NCBI GenBank assembly: GCA_965219685.1
Contig: CBDCOH010000002.1
Coordinates: 2,048,001-2,112,000 of the forward strand
Source of the DNA: Candidatus Spongiisociaceae bacterium
GTDB lineage: Bacteria > Actinomycetota > Acidimicrobiia > Spongiisociales > Spongiisociaceae
Reading direction: 5' to 3'
DNA: 64,000 nucleotides
The translations under genes and the position numbers were made by a program. The notes under the pieces were generated by a model. The model made no database searches, was not told where the DNA came from, and saw only the letters and a list, made by a program, of their open reading frames with translations. Within the stretch, counting starts at the first letter, position 1; each line of letters begins with the position of its first letter. Shown piece after piece: positions 40,559 to 52,087 of this stretch.

Positions 40559-43500
40559 ACCGACTTCTCCACCAGGAGCGGGAGGATCGGTCCCCACAGC
40601 TTCCGGGCGCGATCCGGGAAGGGACTCCGCTCCAGGGCGGATATCGTCGCCAAGTCCGGGAACAGGAACTCGTTGGCCGGATCCTTGGCCTCCGGGGAGA
40701 ACCGGTCCGTCTCCCACGCCTGCCCGGCGACCTTCCTGGCCACATCGCGGTGGCTGCCGATCTTCCGCTGCCAGACGAATGAGGTCTCGCAGGGCAGCGG
40801 GATGGGCGAGGTGAGGCCCTCGACGTACAGGTCGACGAGGCCGGACAGCAGACGCTCCGCCTGCCTGCGGCGGCGCGCCACGTCACCACGGATCGGCCCG
40901 ATTCGCACGCTCCAGAGCTTGTCGCCGCGCAGGTGACGACCGAGCAGCAGTCCCTGCCAGGGGTGATCCGGGTCCAGCGCGGTCAGGAAGACCACCTGGA
41001 GGAAGGCTCTCAGGCGTTGCTTGCCCTTGAGTCGCGACGGGGTGACCACGTCGATGCGGGCGCTACCGGGATCGGCGCTGACCGTTCCCTCGATCATGTG
41101 GTCCCCCACCCGGACCACGCCGCTGTGCTGCTCGTAGCGCGCCGGGTCGTACCCGACGGCTCGGGCCGCCTCCCACAGGTCGGTAGCCCTTTGCCGGGCC
41201 CTCTCCAGCCCCGGCAGGCCGAGGTTGCCGGGCGGGACGGTATCTCCGGCGCGTTCGTGAGCTTCGAGCGATTCGATGGAGTGTCCGGCCAGCAACCCGG
41301 CAAGAAGCCGGTTGGTGACCTTCCATTCGCTCAGGGGATCGAGCACCGTGGGCATGGTGTCGTCGGGTATCTCGCCGCGGGCGGGGATGACGAAGCCGAG
41401 CCGCCGGCGGAGGAACGAGCGGGCCGGATGTTCCAGGAAGCTTCCGAGGTCGTCGAGTCGGATCTGCGAGAAGATGTCGTCCACGGGGGGCGGCAGGGGG
41501 AGCCGGGCCGACTCCGGGACGGTGCGATGCTGGATGGCGAGGGCTCCGTCGAACTGAATGGGATCGAAGCCCCAGGGTCCGTCCACGCCGCGCTCTCCCG
41601 CCACGAAGTTGGTCTCGCTGAAGGGCTGGAGCGGGTGACGGGTCTCGAGACGTTCCAGTCCCGCCAGGCCGACCATGTCGCCGAGCACGTCTCTCAACTC
41701 AGCGATCGGCACGGCTGGCGGGTACTCGGCGTTGGTCAACTCGTCACGTCCCGAGTACGTGACGATCAGGTGATCCCCGGCCGCCATGACCGCGTCCAGC
41801 AGGAGCTGGCGGTCCTCGGCGCCCCGATCCGAGTCACCGATGATCTCGTTGTCCACCAGCAGATCGTCACCGTCGACGCGGCCGCTGCGCGGGAAACGAC
41901 TGTCATCCATGCCCAGCAGGCACACCACCCGGTACGGCACCGAACGCATCGGGACCAGGGTGCAGACCGTTATGTCCCCGGTCCGGAAATGCAACGGGCT
42001 GGGCGTGTCCCGGGTCCAGTCCCCCACCACGATCCGGGCTTCGGCGGGGCCGATCAGGGGATCGTCGGGACCGGCGCCCTCGCTCGGGAAGCTCTCCTCC
42101 AGGAGACGCTCCAGCTGTCCCCACTGCCACTGGTCGTCCCAGCCCGGAGCCGCGAGGAGCCGCACCGCGCCGGCAATGGCCGTTCCCCAGGCGGAGTGCG
42201 GCTTGGGTTCGCCCAGCAGTGCCCGCACCGCAACGATCCGGTCGAGAATCTGGGCCAGCAGTCCGATCGGCAAGGCCTCCTGGCCTTCGGCCCCGTCGAG
42301 GGGCGCGATCGAACCGACGACCCGTACGCCGCTGTCCGAGTAGAAGACCCCGGCCAGGGCCCGGTCCAGCCCTCTGCGCCATGTGTGGTCATCGCCGCTA
42401 CCTGCATTCCAGAGGGAGCGGTGTTCCCCGTCGAGCCCCCACCGCACGTTGGTGTCCTCGATCACGGCGGAAATCGCGTCGGCGGTCTCCTCGTCGAACC
42501 CGAACAGTCGCCGGACGACCGGCATCGCCACCAACTCGCGGACCGTACCCGCCTCGAGGCGGGACCCCGCCAGATCCAAGACGGTGGCTGCGAACCTGAC
42601 CAGCGGGTTCGTGGCCGCCGGGGCCCGGTCGGCGATGCGCAGCCGGAGGTCGGGGAGAGCATCATCGGCAACCGGCTGGTCGGCCTGGTCGGCGTGGTCG
42701 CCAGGCGGGACGGAGTCGGGGAAGTCGACCTCCCGGAGAAAGGTCGCCTCCAGGAGAGGGGCGAAGGTGGCCAGATCGGGGGTCATGACCACAATGTCGC
42801 GGGGCTCCAGCGTGGTGTCCGCTGCGAGGACGTGCAGGATGGCATCCCTGAGCACCTCGACCTGGCGGCGGGGGCCGTAGCAGACATGGATCTGGACCGA
42901 CCGGTCGCCCCTCCGCGCCTCGGCTGGGCGGCCCGACCTGGCGGGCGGGGTGTTGGAGCGGATGTCCTGCTGGAGTCTCTCCAGCACGGTCGGCTCTGCT
43001 CGCTCGGATCCGGTCGCGGATGGCTCACCCGTATGGTCGCGAGCGGCCAGCACCGTCTGGAGCTCGCGGCTTTCCCGGGCCCACGACCGAAGGAACGGGT
43101 GGCGCGGAACGTTCGCAGTTGGGTCGGAGACCCTCGCGTGGCGGGTACCGGTCGGCGAGCCGCCGAGCAGGGCCGCCGTATCCCGCCACAGGACCGGGGA
43201 CGGATGCAGGAGGTAGAGGTGAACATCGTGGCGGGCGGATACAGCTTCGAGCACCTCCAGATCGACGGGATCGGCCGCGGTCAGCCCGTACACGGAGAGC
43301 CGATCAGGGAGGCACAGGTCGACCTCGCCACGGCGGACCGGCTCCAGCGCTGCCGGTAGCAACTCCGCCAGACTCGGCACACCGATGCGATCCCGGACCA
43401 AGCTCCACACGCGCGGTTGCCAGAGGTCGGCGTCCGGCAGGGCCGTACCGTCGGCCGCCACGTTCCGGCCCTCCCGCCAGGCTCGCACCATCTCGGGCCG

Positions 43501-43959
43501 GCGCCGCGCGTAACGGGTGAACAGCCCCGAGATCTTGCGGGCCGCCCTAAGGCGCTGGCCGTTGCCGAGCGCGTCGATGCCACGGCCGGCATCCACGAAA
43601 CGGGCGAGCAGCCACATCCAGGACTCGTGCAGATGATCATCCAGCACCGAGACCACACTGCGGGTCAGGGCGTTTCCTTCCCAGGCTTCCAGGGCGGAGG
43701 CGAGCTCGGGAAGGGAGAGCAGCACCTCCCTGACGAGGCGACGCGGGGAGGGGAACTCGACGTTGGCGCACACCCCGTCCCCTGAGGTCCTGTCGGCCAG
43801 TTCGGAAGCGATGCGCTGCGTGAGCCAGCGCTCGATCCCGCGCGTCGGCACGGCCACCAGTTCCGGCGCGAAGGGGTCGGCTGGAGGCGAAGCCAGCATC
43901 TCGCACAGCTTGCCCACCAACTCGTCGGGATGCGACCCGACGTGGATCAGCAGCGCCAC
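40555..43959 (-). CDS. recC: Exonuclease V gamma subunit
   Basis: DPFAPELVAVP, RQVEVLRD, TLVPMRSVP, HPLQPFS; AGGAG RBS before GTG 43959. Confidence 0.95.
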   Translation of the reverse strand: MALLIHVGSHPDELVGKLCEMLASPPADPFAPELVAVPTRGIERWLTQRIASELADRTSGDGVCANVEFPSPRRLVREVLLSLPELASALEAWEGNALTRSVVSVLDDHLHESWMWLLARFVDAGRGIDALGNGQRLRAARKISGLFTRYARRRPEMVRAWREGRNVAADGTALPDADLWQPRVWSLVRDRIGVPSLAELLPAALEPVRRGEVDLCLPDRLSVYGLTAADPVDLEVLEAVSARHDVHLYLLHPSPVLWRDTAALLGGSPTGTRHARVSDPTANVPRHPFLRSWARESRELQTVLAARDHTGEPSATGSERAEPTVLERLQQDIRSNTPPARSGRPAEARRGDRSVQIHVCYGPRRQVEVLRDAILHVLAADTTLEPRDIVVMTPDLATFAPLLEATFLREVDFPDSVPPGDHADQADQPVADDALPDLRLRIADRAPAATNPLVRFAATVLDLAGSRLEAGTVRELVAMPVVRRLFGFDEETADAISAVIEDTNVRWGLDGEHRSLWNAGSGDDHTWRRGLDRALAGVFYSDSGVRVVGSIAPLDGAEGQEALPIGLLAQILDRIVAVRALLGEPKPHSAWGTAIAGAVRLLAAPGWDDQWQWGQLERLLEESFPSEGAGPDDPLIGPAEARIVVGDWTRDTPSPLHFRTGDITVCTLVPMRSVPYRVVCLLGMDDSRFPRSGRVDGDDLLVDNEIIGDSDRGAEDRQLLLDAVMAAGDHLIVTYSGRDELTNAEYPPAVPIAELRDVLGDMVGLAGLERLETRHPLQPFSETNFVAGERGVDGPWGFDPIQFDGALAIQHRTVPESARLPLPPPVDDIFSQIRLDDLGSFLEHPARSFLRRRLGFVIPARGEIPDDTMPTVLDPLSEWKVTNRLLAGLLAGHSIESLEAHERAGDTVPPGNLGLPGLERARQRATDLWEAARAVGYDPARYEQHSGVVRVGDHMIEGTVSADPGSARIDVVTPSRLKGKQRLRAFLQVVFLTALDPDHPWQGLLLGRHLRGDKLWSVRIGPIRGDVARRRRQAERLLSGLVDLYVEGLTSPIPLPCETSFVWQRKIGSHRDVARKVAGQAWETDRFSPEAKDPANEFLFPDLATISALERSPFPDRARKLWGPILPLLVEKSV

Positions 43960-44097
43960 GAGGTCTCCTGAGGACGGCAACGGTCCACGGGCAGCCGCGC
44001 CTCGCCCGATCGAGTCAGTTCGTGAACCCGGCGCAACTCGATCCCGCATTCAGGCAGCGTGCCGACGCACCGGGGAGATAAGTCCTCCACAAAGGCG

Positions 44098-44119
44098 AAC
44101 TTATCACCCGGCACCGACA
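44098..44119 (-). promoter_or_regulatory. PafBC (RecA-NDp) DNA-damage promoter for recCBD
   Basis: Minus strand TGTCGG-TGCCGGGTGA-TAAGTT matches TGTCGG-N10-TA-N3-T. Confidence 0.75.
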
Positions 44120-44229
44120 TTACGCGATCATCGACAGTCCTCCCCCAGAGTACCGGGTCTTTGGTTCGCCGTGTCACCGCGCGGTGTAGTCCCACGATCG
44201 GCACACCCGACCGCCGACGGCAACCGCGG

Positions 44230-44470
44230 CGAACGAGGCTTCGCAACGAGGGGGTTGTCAGTGTCACAGTCCCGTCGCATACTGGTACACAGTCGTAAAC
44301 ACCACCGGTCCGTTTACGGTACCGATCGGGCCGAGGCTGGGATCATGTTGTCGGAGCAGACCCATTTCACGGGGTTGGCGGGACGCGTTCGGAGACTTCG
44401 GAGGTGGCGGCTGGGGGTGGGCCCGCACCATGGGTCCGGTGGGACGTTTTTCGCGTTCTCGGTCTGCTGG
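44230..44470 (+). repeat. Degenerate copy of the DUF222-gene 5' module
   Basis: GGGGTTGTCAGTGTCACA (44251) vs GGGGTTGACACTGTCACA (53454), plus blocks shared with 34420-34650. Confidence 0.6.
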
Positions 44471-44583
44471 GGCTGCCCTGCGGGATGGTGGCACGGTCCG
44501 CGGACGTATCACGAATACCGGAGTCAGGACCCTGGGACATCGTGATCCGGGTCCCGGCAGGTCTCCTCTTGACCGCCGCCCGG

Positions 44584-46044
44584 CTAACCGCTGCCCGGGA
44601 CGACCTTCACAGGCTCGGGCATCCGCGCCAGCGAGCGCTCGACAACGGCATCGGCGAGGCCGGCGAATATGCGCTTGTGGATGGGCCACAGCGCGTACCA
44701 ATAGAGCAGTCCCAGAACACCCGCCGGGTGGAAGTGGGCCGCGGTGACGATGCGGGATCCATCCGTTTCGGGCAGCACCTCGAACTCGAGGGCCGCGGTG
44801 CCGGGCAGACGCATCTCCGCCAGGAGGGTGAGGCGGCGGCCCGGCTCGACCGCCACCACCCGCCAGAAATCGAGCGCATCGCCCACCCGCAGTTCGTTGG
44901 GATGGCGGCGACCCCGGCGCCGGCCTACTCCCCCGACCATGCGGTCCACGACGCCCCGCAGGTTCCACAGCGGGTTGGCGTAGTACCAGCCGTTGGTCCC
45001 TCCGATCGACGACACGACCTCCCACACCGTCTCCGGCTCCGCCTCGCATCTCCGTTCGACACGCTCGCCGCGGCTGTAGAAGGAGACATCCGGGCGATGG
45101 TCCCGCATCGCGAACGAGCCTTCCGTCCAGCGCGCGGGCATCTCGGTGTCGCGCTCGGCCTCCAGGGCCGCCCGGACCGCATCTTCGTAGGTGTGGAGGG
45201 TGAGCGGGATCGAGGCGGCGAGGTCGGCGTCCGGGTCGACGACCAGGTCATGCTTGAGACCGTCTATCAGCGGCCGGGCGACGCTCGTGGGCACGGCGGT
45301 GACCAGGTTCAACCAGTAGGACGAGAGGCGCGGGGTGAGGACGGGTACCCGGATGATCAGGAGCCGCTTGCCGATCACTCGCGCGAAGCTGGAGAGCATG
45401 TCCCGGTAACGGACCGTCTCCGGCCCGCCGACGTCGTAGATGCCACCCGCCGAGGCGTCGGTCTCCGGAAGCCGGACGAGGTATTCGACCAGGTCATCGA
45501 GCGCGATCGGCTGGGTCAACGAATCGACCCAACGGGGAGTCACCATCACCGGCAGGTGGTACACGAGATCGCGGATGACCTCGAAGGCGGCAGAGCCGGG
45601 CCCCACCACGATCCCGGCCCGGATCTCGGTCACCGGCACGGGTCCCGACCACAGCACCTCACCGGTCTCCCGCCGGGAGTCCAGATGCAACGAGGCCGCC
45701 TCCTTCGGTTGCAGCCCGCCCAGGTAGATGATACGACCCACCCCGGCACGGGCCGCTACATCCCGGACATGGGTCGCCGCCCGGCGGTCCAGGTCCGGGA
45801 AGTCCTTGCCCGCTGCCATCGAGTGGATCAGGTAGTAGACGACGTCGATACCCTCGAAATGCCCCATCAGCGACTCGGGATCGAGAGCGTCGGCACGAAC
45901 CGTCTCGACCCCCACCCACCCGCGGGCGTCGAGGGTCTCCCGCCGGCGTCCGGCGGCACGGACCTCGTGTCCCCGCTCGACGAGCCGCGGTATCAGATGG
46001 CTCCCCACGTAGCCGGAGGCGCCGAGGACCAGCACCTTTGCCAC
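44584..46044 (-). CDS. NAD(P)-binding SDR + DUF2867 protein (YbjT-like)
   Basis: GASGYVG, YYLIHSM, IGGTNGWYY, DFWRV, AEMRLPG. Confidence 0.88.
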   Translation of the reverse strand: MAKVLVLGASGYVGSHLIPRLVERGHEVRAAGRRRETLDARGWVGVETVRADALDPESLMGHFEGIDVVYYLIHSMAAGKDFPDLDRRAATHVRDVAARAGVGRIIYLGGLQPKEAASLHLDSRRETGEVLWSGPVPVTEIRAGIVVGPGSAAFEVIRDLVYHLPVMVTPRWVDSLTQPIALDDLVEYLVRLPETDASAGGIYDVGGPETVRYRDMLSSFARVIGKRLLIIRVPVLTPRLSSYWLNLVTAVPTSVARPLIDGLKHDLVVDPDADLAASIPLTLHTYEDAVRAALEAERDTEMPARWTEGSFAMRDHRPDVSFYSRGERVERRCEAEPETVWEVVSSIGGTNGWYYANPLWNLRGVVDRMVGGVGRRRGRRHPNELRVGDALDFWRVVAVEPGRRLTLLAEMRLPGTAALEFEVLPETDGSRIVTAAHFHPAGVLGLLYWYALWPIHKRIFAGLADAVVERSLARMPEPVKVVPGSG

Positions 46045-46250
46045 CGGAACCTCCTTGCCCTGGTCGAGGACGGTTGCTATGCCACCCCGTCGGTGGTCAC
46101 GCAAAGTTTATGGCTCCGCCAGCCGTACGTAGACACATGTGTCGGTTGCCGGTCTACGCCACCACGCTGGACAGGGCCGACCAGACCGTTCCAGTCGACA
46201 ACCGAATGTCAGGCCCCCCGGGGTTCTCGCGCTTGCAGGTCAGAGGCGGT

Positions 46251-46853
46251 CTATGCGCGACTCTCTCGCCTGACGGGTCGGGTGGATCTCCATGAACTTC
46301 TCGCCGAACCGTCGAGCAGGGATGCCTCCTCGTAGACAGGATCCGACCAGTCCCGGAACGCCTCCACGGCCTCGGTGCGCTGCGTTGTACCGTCGCCGCG
46401 GATATGGGTGACCGCGATCCCCCGGCCGTACAGGACCCGGGTGATCAGCAGGAAGCGATGGCAGCCGGCCGGATCCTCCTCGCTGCACATGATCGCTACC
46501 CGCGACCGCTTCGCGTGGCGGGTCAGCCGGGCCATGCCGGACTCGAACACGGGGCTCTGCGCCATCCGTCCGTAGAGCACATGCCCCTCGGAGTCGTAGA
46601 ACTCGTCCCCTTTGGGCTTCCCGCCGAGTGTCTCTCCCATGAAGAGGTATCCGATGCAGGCCGAGTGCAAGTCCCCTCGAAGGGGATGACGGTTGAACTG
46701 GGGGTTGAACCGTGAGAAGGGCGAACTTCGCACATCCACCACCCTGTCGACGCCGTACAACCGGACAACGTCTATGAAGCGCTCGATCGGATGGGTCGAG
46801 TGTCCGACGGACCAGAGCCGGGGACCGCGGACCAGGACCGGATCAGCATTCAT
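46251..46853 (-). CDS. DUF488 family protein
   Basis: SVGHST, VDVRSSP, MCSE.DP..CHR. Confidence 0.88.
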   Translation of the reverse strand: MNADPVLVRGPRLWSVGHSTHPIERFIDVVRLYGVDRVVDVRSSPFSRFNPQFNRHPLRGDLHSACIGYLFMGETLGGKPKGDEFYDSEGHVLYGRMAQSPVFESGMARLTRHAKRSRVAIMCSEEDPAGCHRFLLITRVLYGRGIAVTHIRGDGTTQRTEAVEAFRDWSDPVYEEASLLDGSARSSWRSTRPVRRESRA

Positions 46854-46979
46854 TGCGCTTCAACCGCCATACCCCACATGTACGGATGACCGGCCCACTC
46901 GCAAGCGGACTACCGATTCGGTCCAGGAGCTCACTTACCCTTAGGCCGGTCGTGAGCTTCGAGTTTGGACATCGCGCAA

Positions 46980-47207
46980 TCATCCAGACCGCCGCGAGTC
47001 ACCCCTTCGCTGCGCCCTAATCCAACTCGCTGGGTCATCATCCCACGCGTGGCCAGCATCCAAGAGCGCTCCCAAGGATGCTTCGATATCGTGCCATCGA
47101 CACTCTGTATCGAGATCTTGGCCGATCATCACCACCCCGGCTCCCAGCCCGTCGGCTTCGTCGGGTGTGGCCTCGAAGTCTTTTGGAGGCTGGCGTCTAC
47201 TGCGCAT
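46980..47207 (-). pseudogene. Possible antitoxin C-terminal remnant
   Basis: [14 protein letters not shown] resembles actinobacterial antitoxin tails from memory; N-terminus unconvincing. Confidence 0.3.
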
Positions 47208-47269
47208 CGAAGCAGACTACCGGCCCTGATACAGTGACTTCCGGAGTTCATCGACCAGGAGAGAACGAC

Positions 47270-48913
<1,644 letters not shown>

Positions 48914-48964
48914 CCCGGCAGGCGCGTACACCGCGACGGATACCCGCCACTCGATGGAGTCCCT

Positions 48965-50587
48965 CTAGAGTCGGCGAATAGGCGCAACACTGAGTTGGAC
49001 ACCGCTTCCAGCCAACGACATGTCTAGTCGTGTGAGTGTTACCTTGGTGAAGGAAAACAGATCATCTCCTGTAATTGGCCTAGCGCGTGCCATGGCTAGA
49101 ACAACCGAGGTAGGTCTGTCAGGTATCCAATCCACAGATCCACCTGCTTGTACTACGACCTTCCGTAGTTTAGTTCGTGCCTCCTTGTCATAGCGGAGGG
49201 CATCAGTTGCAACTACAGCTTGCGCGATTAAGTGGCTAGCCAGTGAAGATCGTTTCACATGCTTAATATGTATCAAATCACCTGTCGAGGTCACTACGTC
49301 ACACGCCTCAAATCCTCTAGGATGCTGTGTAGTCCGAAGGAAACGTCCATCGAGCATAACACCACCGATGATCGGTGCTACCATCTCATTATAAGCACGT
49401 TCGTTGGGCCACTTAGATGTGTCCCACTCGGGCAGGCTCACGGAGGGTGTTCGAGCAAATAGGGACTTAATCTGTCCGTCCATTTGGCCAGCATAGTCAG
49501 TATCCATAGCATACCAATAGGAGTTGAAAAAGCAGTATCTTACCGAGTCCTTCTCTATTTCGTAGAAGAGCCAGTTGATGAGAGGTATCTCACCACTCAT
49601 AGGTTCTTCACCATCACTATCACGATATAACCGTATCCTTAGTGTTTTGGCAGCGGAGAGGGGGTAGTCTGGATTCTTATCGATGATAAAGGTGACAAGT
49701 TCTTCAAGGGTCGGCAGATCATCCCCAACAATTCCACCACGAACACCCGTTCCTATCAGTTTGTATGATGATGGAGTTCCGTTATCGCTCATATGTTCAT
49801 GTGGCCAGCCCATAGCGAGTTTGTCTTGGCTCCTCGTCACCAGCGACGCTTCGAGCTTAGACTCAAGGTCCGCTATCGTCCGCTTGTCTTTTACACGAAC
49901 GAATTGTTCAAGTGCTAGGAGTTCCGGCTTGGGGTCAAGTAGGAGCGTCCTTGTAATGGCGTTTAGGTCTTCGACGAGGGTATCTGGTGTTCGACCAAGC
50001 GGTAGACTGAGCGAGTCGGCTGCATGAACTCGGACCCGTCCACTACCGAGAGTCAGCCCACTGACCTCGGCCGCCCCACTGATTCGTGTCACGACCTCAC
50101 CGAAACCTCCCATACCAAAGGACCCGAGAGTTGTACCCGCCGGGATTGATGATCGGTCCGTCCGAGCCCGATGGTCTAGTTCGGATCTGGTTAGCGACTG
50201 TATAGACTCTGGTGTTGCAGTTCGTGTCGCGAATCGCATTCCGAAACCGGGATCTATGAACCCCCGGTCAAGGAGGTGAAATCCCATACCATAAGCCAGT
50301 GCCCACGCTTGACCGTGACCATCCTCGATTATTAGAAGTGCCGCCGGATAGGCACTGCTCAGATGGACATCCGTACCCGTGAGCGACGCCAACCGAGAGG
50401 ACCATGGTACCTTGCGCCTCCGCATCGTACCCATCACTAGTAGGCCATCCTGTCCACCAACTGTTACCGACTGGGCTGAAAAGCCGCCTTCCGATAGGTA
50501 CTTGGGCAGCACTACCTGGATCAGATTAGAGATTCCTCGCAACCGGTAGATCGTTGTCCGGGCAGATGGTGATGGCTTTTTGGACAT
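48965..50587 (-). CDS. DUF6119/TIGR04141-like protein, putative nuclease; low GC
   Basis: YGMGFHLL..PGFGMRF N-terminus; ERAYNE, FEACD..LIHIK..SHLIAQ C-terminus. Confidence 0.75.
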   Translation of the reverse strand: MSKKPSPSARTTIYRLRGISNLIQVVLPKYLSEGGFSAQSVTVGGQDGLLVMGTMRRRKVPWSSRLASLTGTDVHLSSAYPAALLIIEDGHGQAWALAYGMGFHLLDRGFIDPGFGMRFATRTATPESIQSLTRSELDHRARTDRSSIPAGTTLGSFGMGGFGEVVTRISGAAEVSGLTLGSGRVRVHAADSLSLPLGRTPDTLVEDLNAITRTLLLDPKPELLALEQFVRVKDKRTIADLESKLEASLVTRSQDKLAMGWPHEHMSDNGTPSSYKLIGTGVRGGIVGDDLPTLEELVTFIIDKNPDYPLSAAKTLRIRLYRDSDGEEPMSGEIPLINWLFYEIEKDSVRYCFFNSYWYAMDTDYAGQMDGQIKSLFARTPSVSLPEWDTSKWPNERAYNEMVAPIIGGVMLDGRFLRTTQHPRGFEACDVVTSTGDLIHIKHVKRSSLASHLIAQAVVATDALRYDKEARTKLRKVVVQAGGSVDWIPDRPTSVVLAMARARPITGDDLFSFTKVTLTRLDMSLAGSGVQLSVAPIRRL

Positions 50588-50733
50588 ATCAGACAGCTTG
50601 AGGCATGGGACAGCGGACCTGAACTGCCTTCACTGTAACATACACATGTGTAATTCACAAAGGGAAGTAGTACGGCGTCTGACTCTGGAGTTCGCTGGAT
50701 GCGAGGAGTTACGCGGCCGCCGAGGCAACCAGG

Positions 50734-50911
50734 CGAGGACATCAGGGACTCCTGCTGGGGTCGTATCGCGCACCTCAAGGTCCCGACCTACGTGAAGTTC
50801 GTCGACGGCTTCCCGATGACCGTCACCGGCAAGATTCGCAAGGTGGAGATGCGGGAGATCTCCATTGGCGAGCTAGGTCTGGAGGCCGCCGCCCGTATCG
50901 AGTCCGCCTAG
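50734..50911 (+). pseudogene. Displaced 3' fragment of the acyl-CoA synthetase (right repeat copy)
   Basis: [41 protein letters not shown]...SA*. Confidence 0.9.
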
Positions 50912-52041
50912 CAGCACACCGTATCCGGCGGTGCCAAGCCGACCCCTGTAGGAAGGTCGTCCACCGTCTTGCTGTGCCGGTCGAGCTTGCGGAAGAAGTC
51001 TCGGTAGACCGCATCCCGGTCGATGTCGGTTGCTTCGCTCATCAGCGGCCGATCGGGAAGGTGCCGCCACACGAGGTTGTCGTCGAGGGCGGGGGTCGGT
51101 ACGAACATGGTGGGCACCCAGGTCGGGTCGATCAACCATGCGAAGTTGATGAAGTCCCAGCACACCCAGGACTGACCCGGGAAGGGCTCGACAAGTCGCT
51201 GAGCCCGTAGCCGGTTGTTGCGATAGAGGTAGTGGAGGTAGTTGCCGATCTCCCCGCGTCCGTTGACCCAACGTTCCGACTCGGGCAGGGACATCACGAG
51301 TTGCTCGCCGATGTAGTACCCCGGCAGGTACAGGAGGGGTACGCCCGAGTTGAACAGCAGGCGGGAGGCGTGCTGGTCCTGCACCAGGTTCATGGAGGGA
51401 GAGTTGCTGAACCTCACGAAGGTCGGGTATGCAGACGTCCAGGACACCACCATCCTGGTGATGATCTCCGGTTCCATCAGCAAGGCCGCAGCGATGTTGG
51501 TGACTGCCCCGATCGCCACCACATGGAGGAGCCGGTCGTCGTCCGCCATGGCGGCTTCGATGATCCGGCGGGCGCCCTCGCTGTCCACGATGTCGTCGGG
51601 CGACTCCATGAACCGCGCCGCGCCGCGGAACGCCACTCCCTCGGATGACATGCCGAGCCATCCCATGAGGGTGCCGATCTCATCGAAGGACATCTCCATC
51701 CCTTCGGCCACGGTCTCGAACTCAACATCCTCGGGGTCGATGCCGGCCGCCCTCAGCCTGTGCACCCACGCCGCGATGTCGTCGACCTCGGCAGCGGTCG
51801 AGTGGTCAACATTCGCCCGGGCAGCAGCCAGGAGCGGCTCCCTGAAATAGGCGCGAGAGAACGGCGCGGCCACGATCGCTTCTATGTCAAGCCGGTCAGG
51901 CGACAGCAACCCCCACGTTATGGCGAACTGATCATCCACCTCGTTGGCCGCATCCGTGTCTATGACAACCCGGACCCGGCCGGGCTGCGGTGACAGCATC
52001 TCCTTGCGTCGCTCGTCGCTGATATTCGGGAACCTCGTCAT
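50908..52041 (-). CDS. Nucleoside hydrolase family protein
   Basis: IDTDAANEVDDQFA, IGAVTNIA, WD motif. Confidence 0.85.
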   Translation of the reverse strand: MTRFPNISDERRKEMLSPQPGRVRVVIDTDAANEVDDQFAITWGLLSPDRLDIEAIVAAPFSRAYFREPLLAAARANVDHSTAAEVDDIAAWVHRLRAAGIDPEDVEFETVAEGMEMSFDEIGTLMGWLGMSSEGVAFRGAARFMESPDDIVDSEGARRIIEAAMADDDRLLHVVAIGAVTNIAAALLMEPEIITRMVVSWTSAYPTFVRFSNSPSMNLVQDQHASRLLFNSGVPLLYLPGYYIGEQLVMSLPESERWVNGRGEIGNYLHYLYRNNRLRAQRLVEPFPGQSWVCWDFINFAWLIDPTWVPTMFVPTPALDDNLVWRHLPDRPLMSEATDIDRDAVYRDFFRKLDRHSKTVDDLPTGVGLAPPDTVCC

Positions 52042-52087
52042 GCGTACCCCCAGATGCCTTCCCGGTCGCCGCTCTTGGACGCCAGTC

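Noticed and set aside
40933-46335. Long plus-strand ORFs (808 aa, 643 aa) and similar ones such as 1460-3745
   Set aside because: Antisense shadows of real genes in high-GC DNA, with no recognisable motifs
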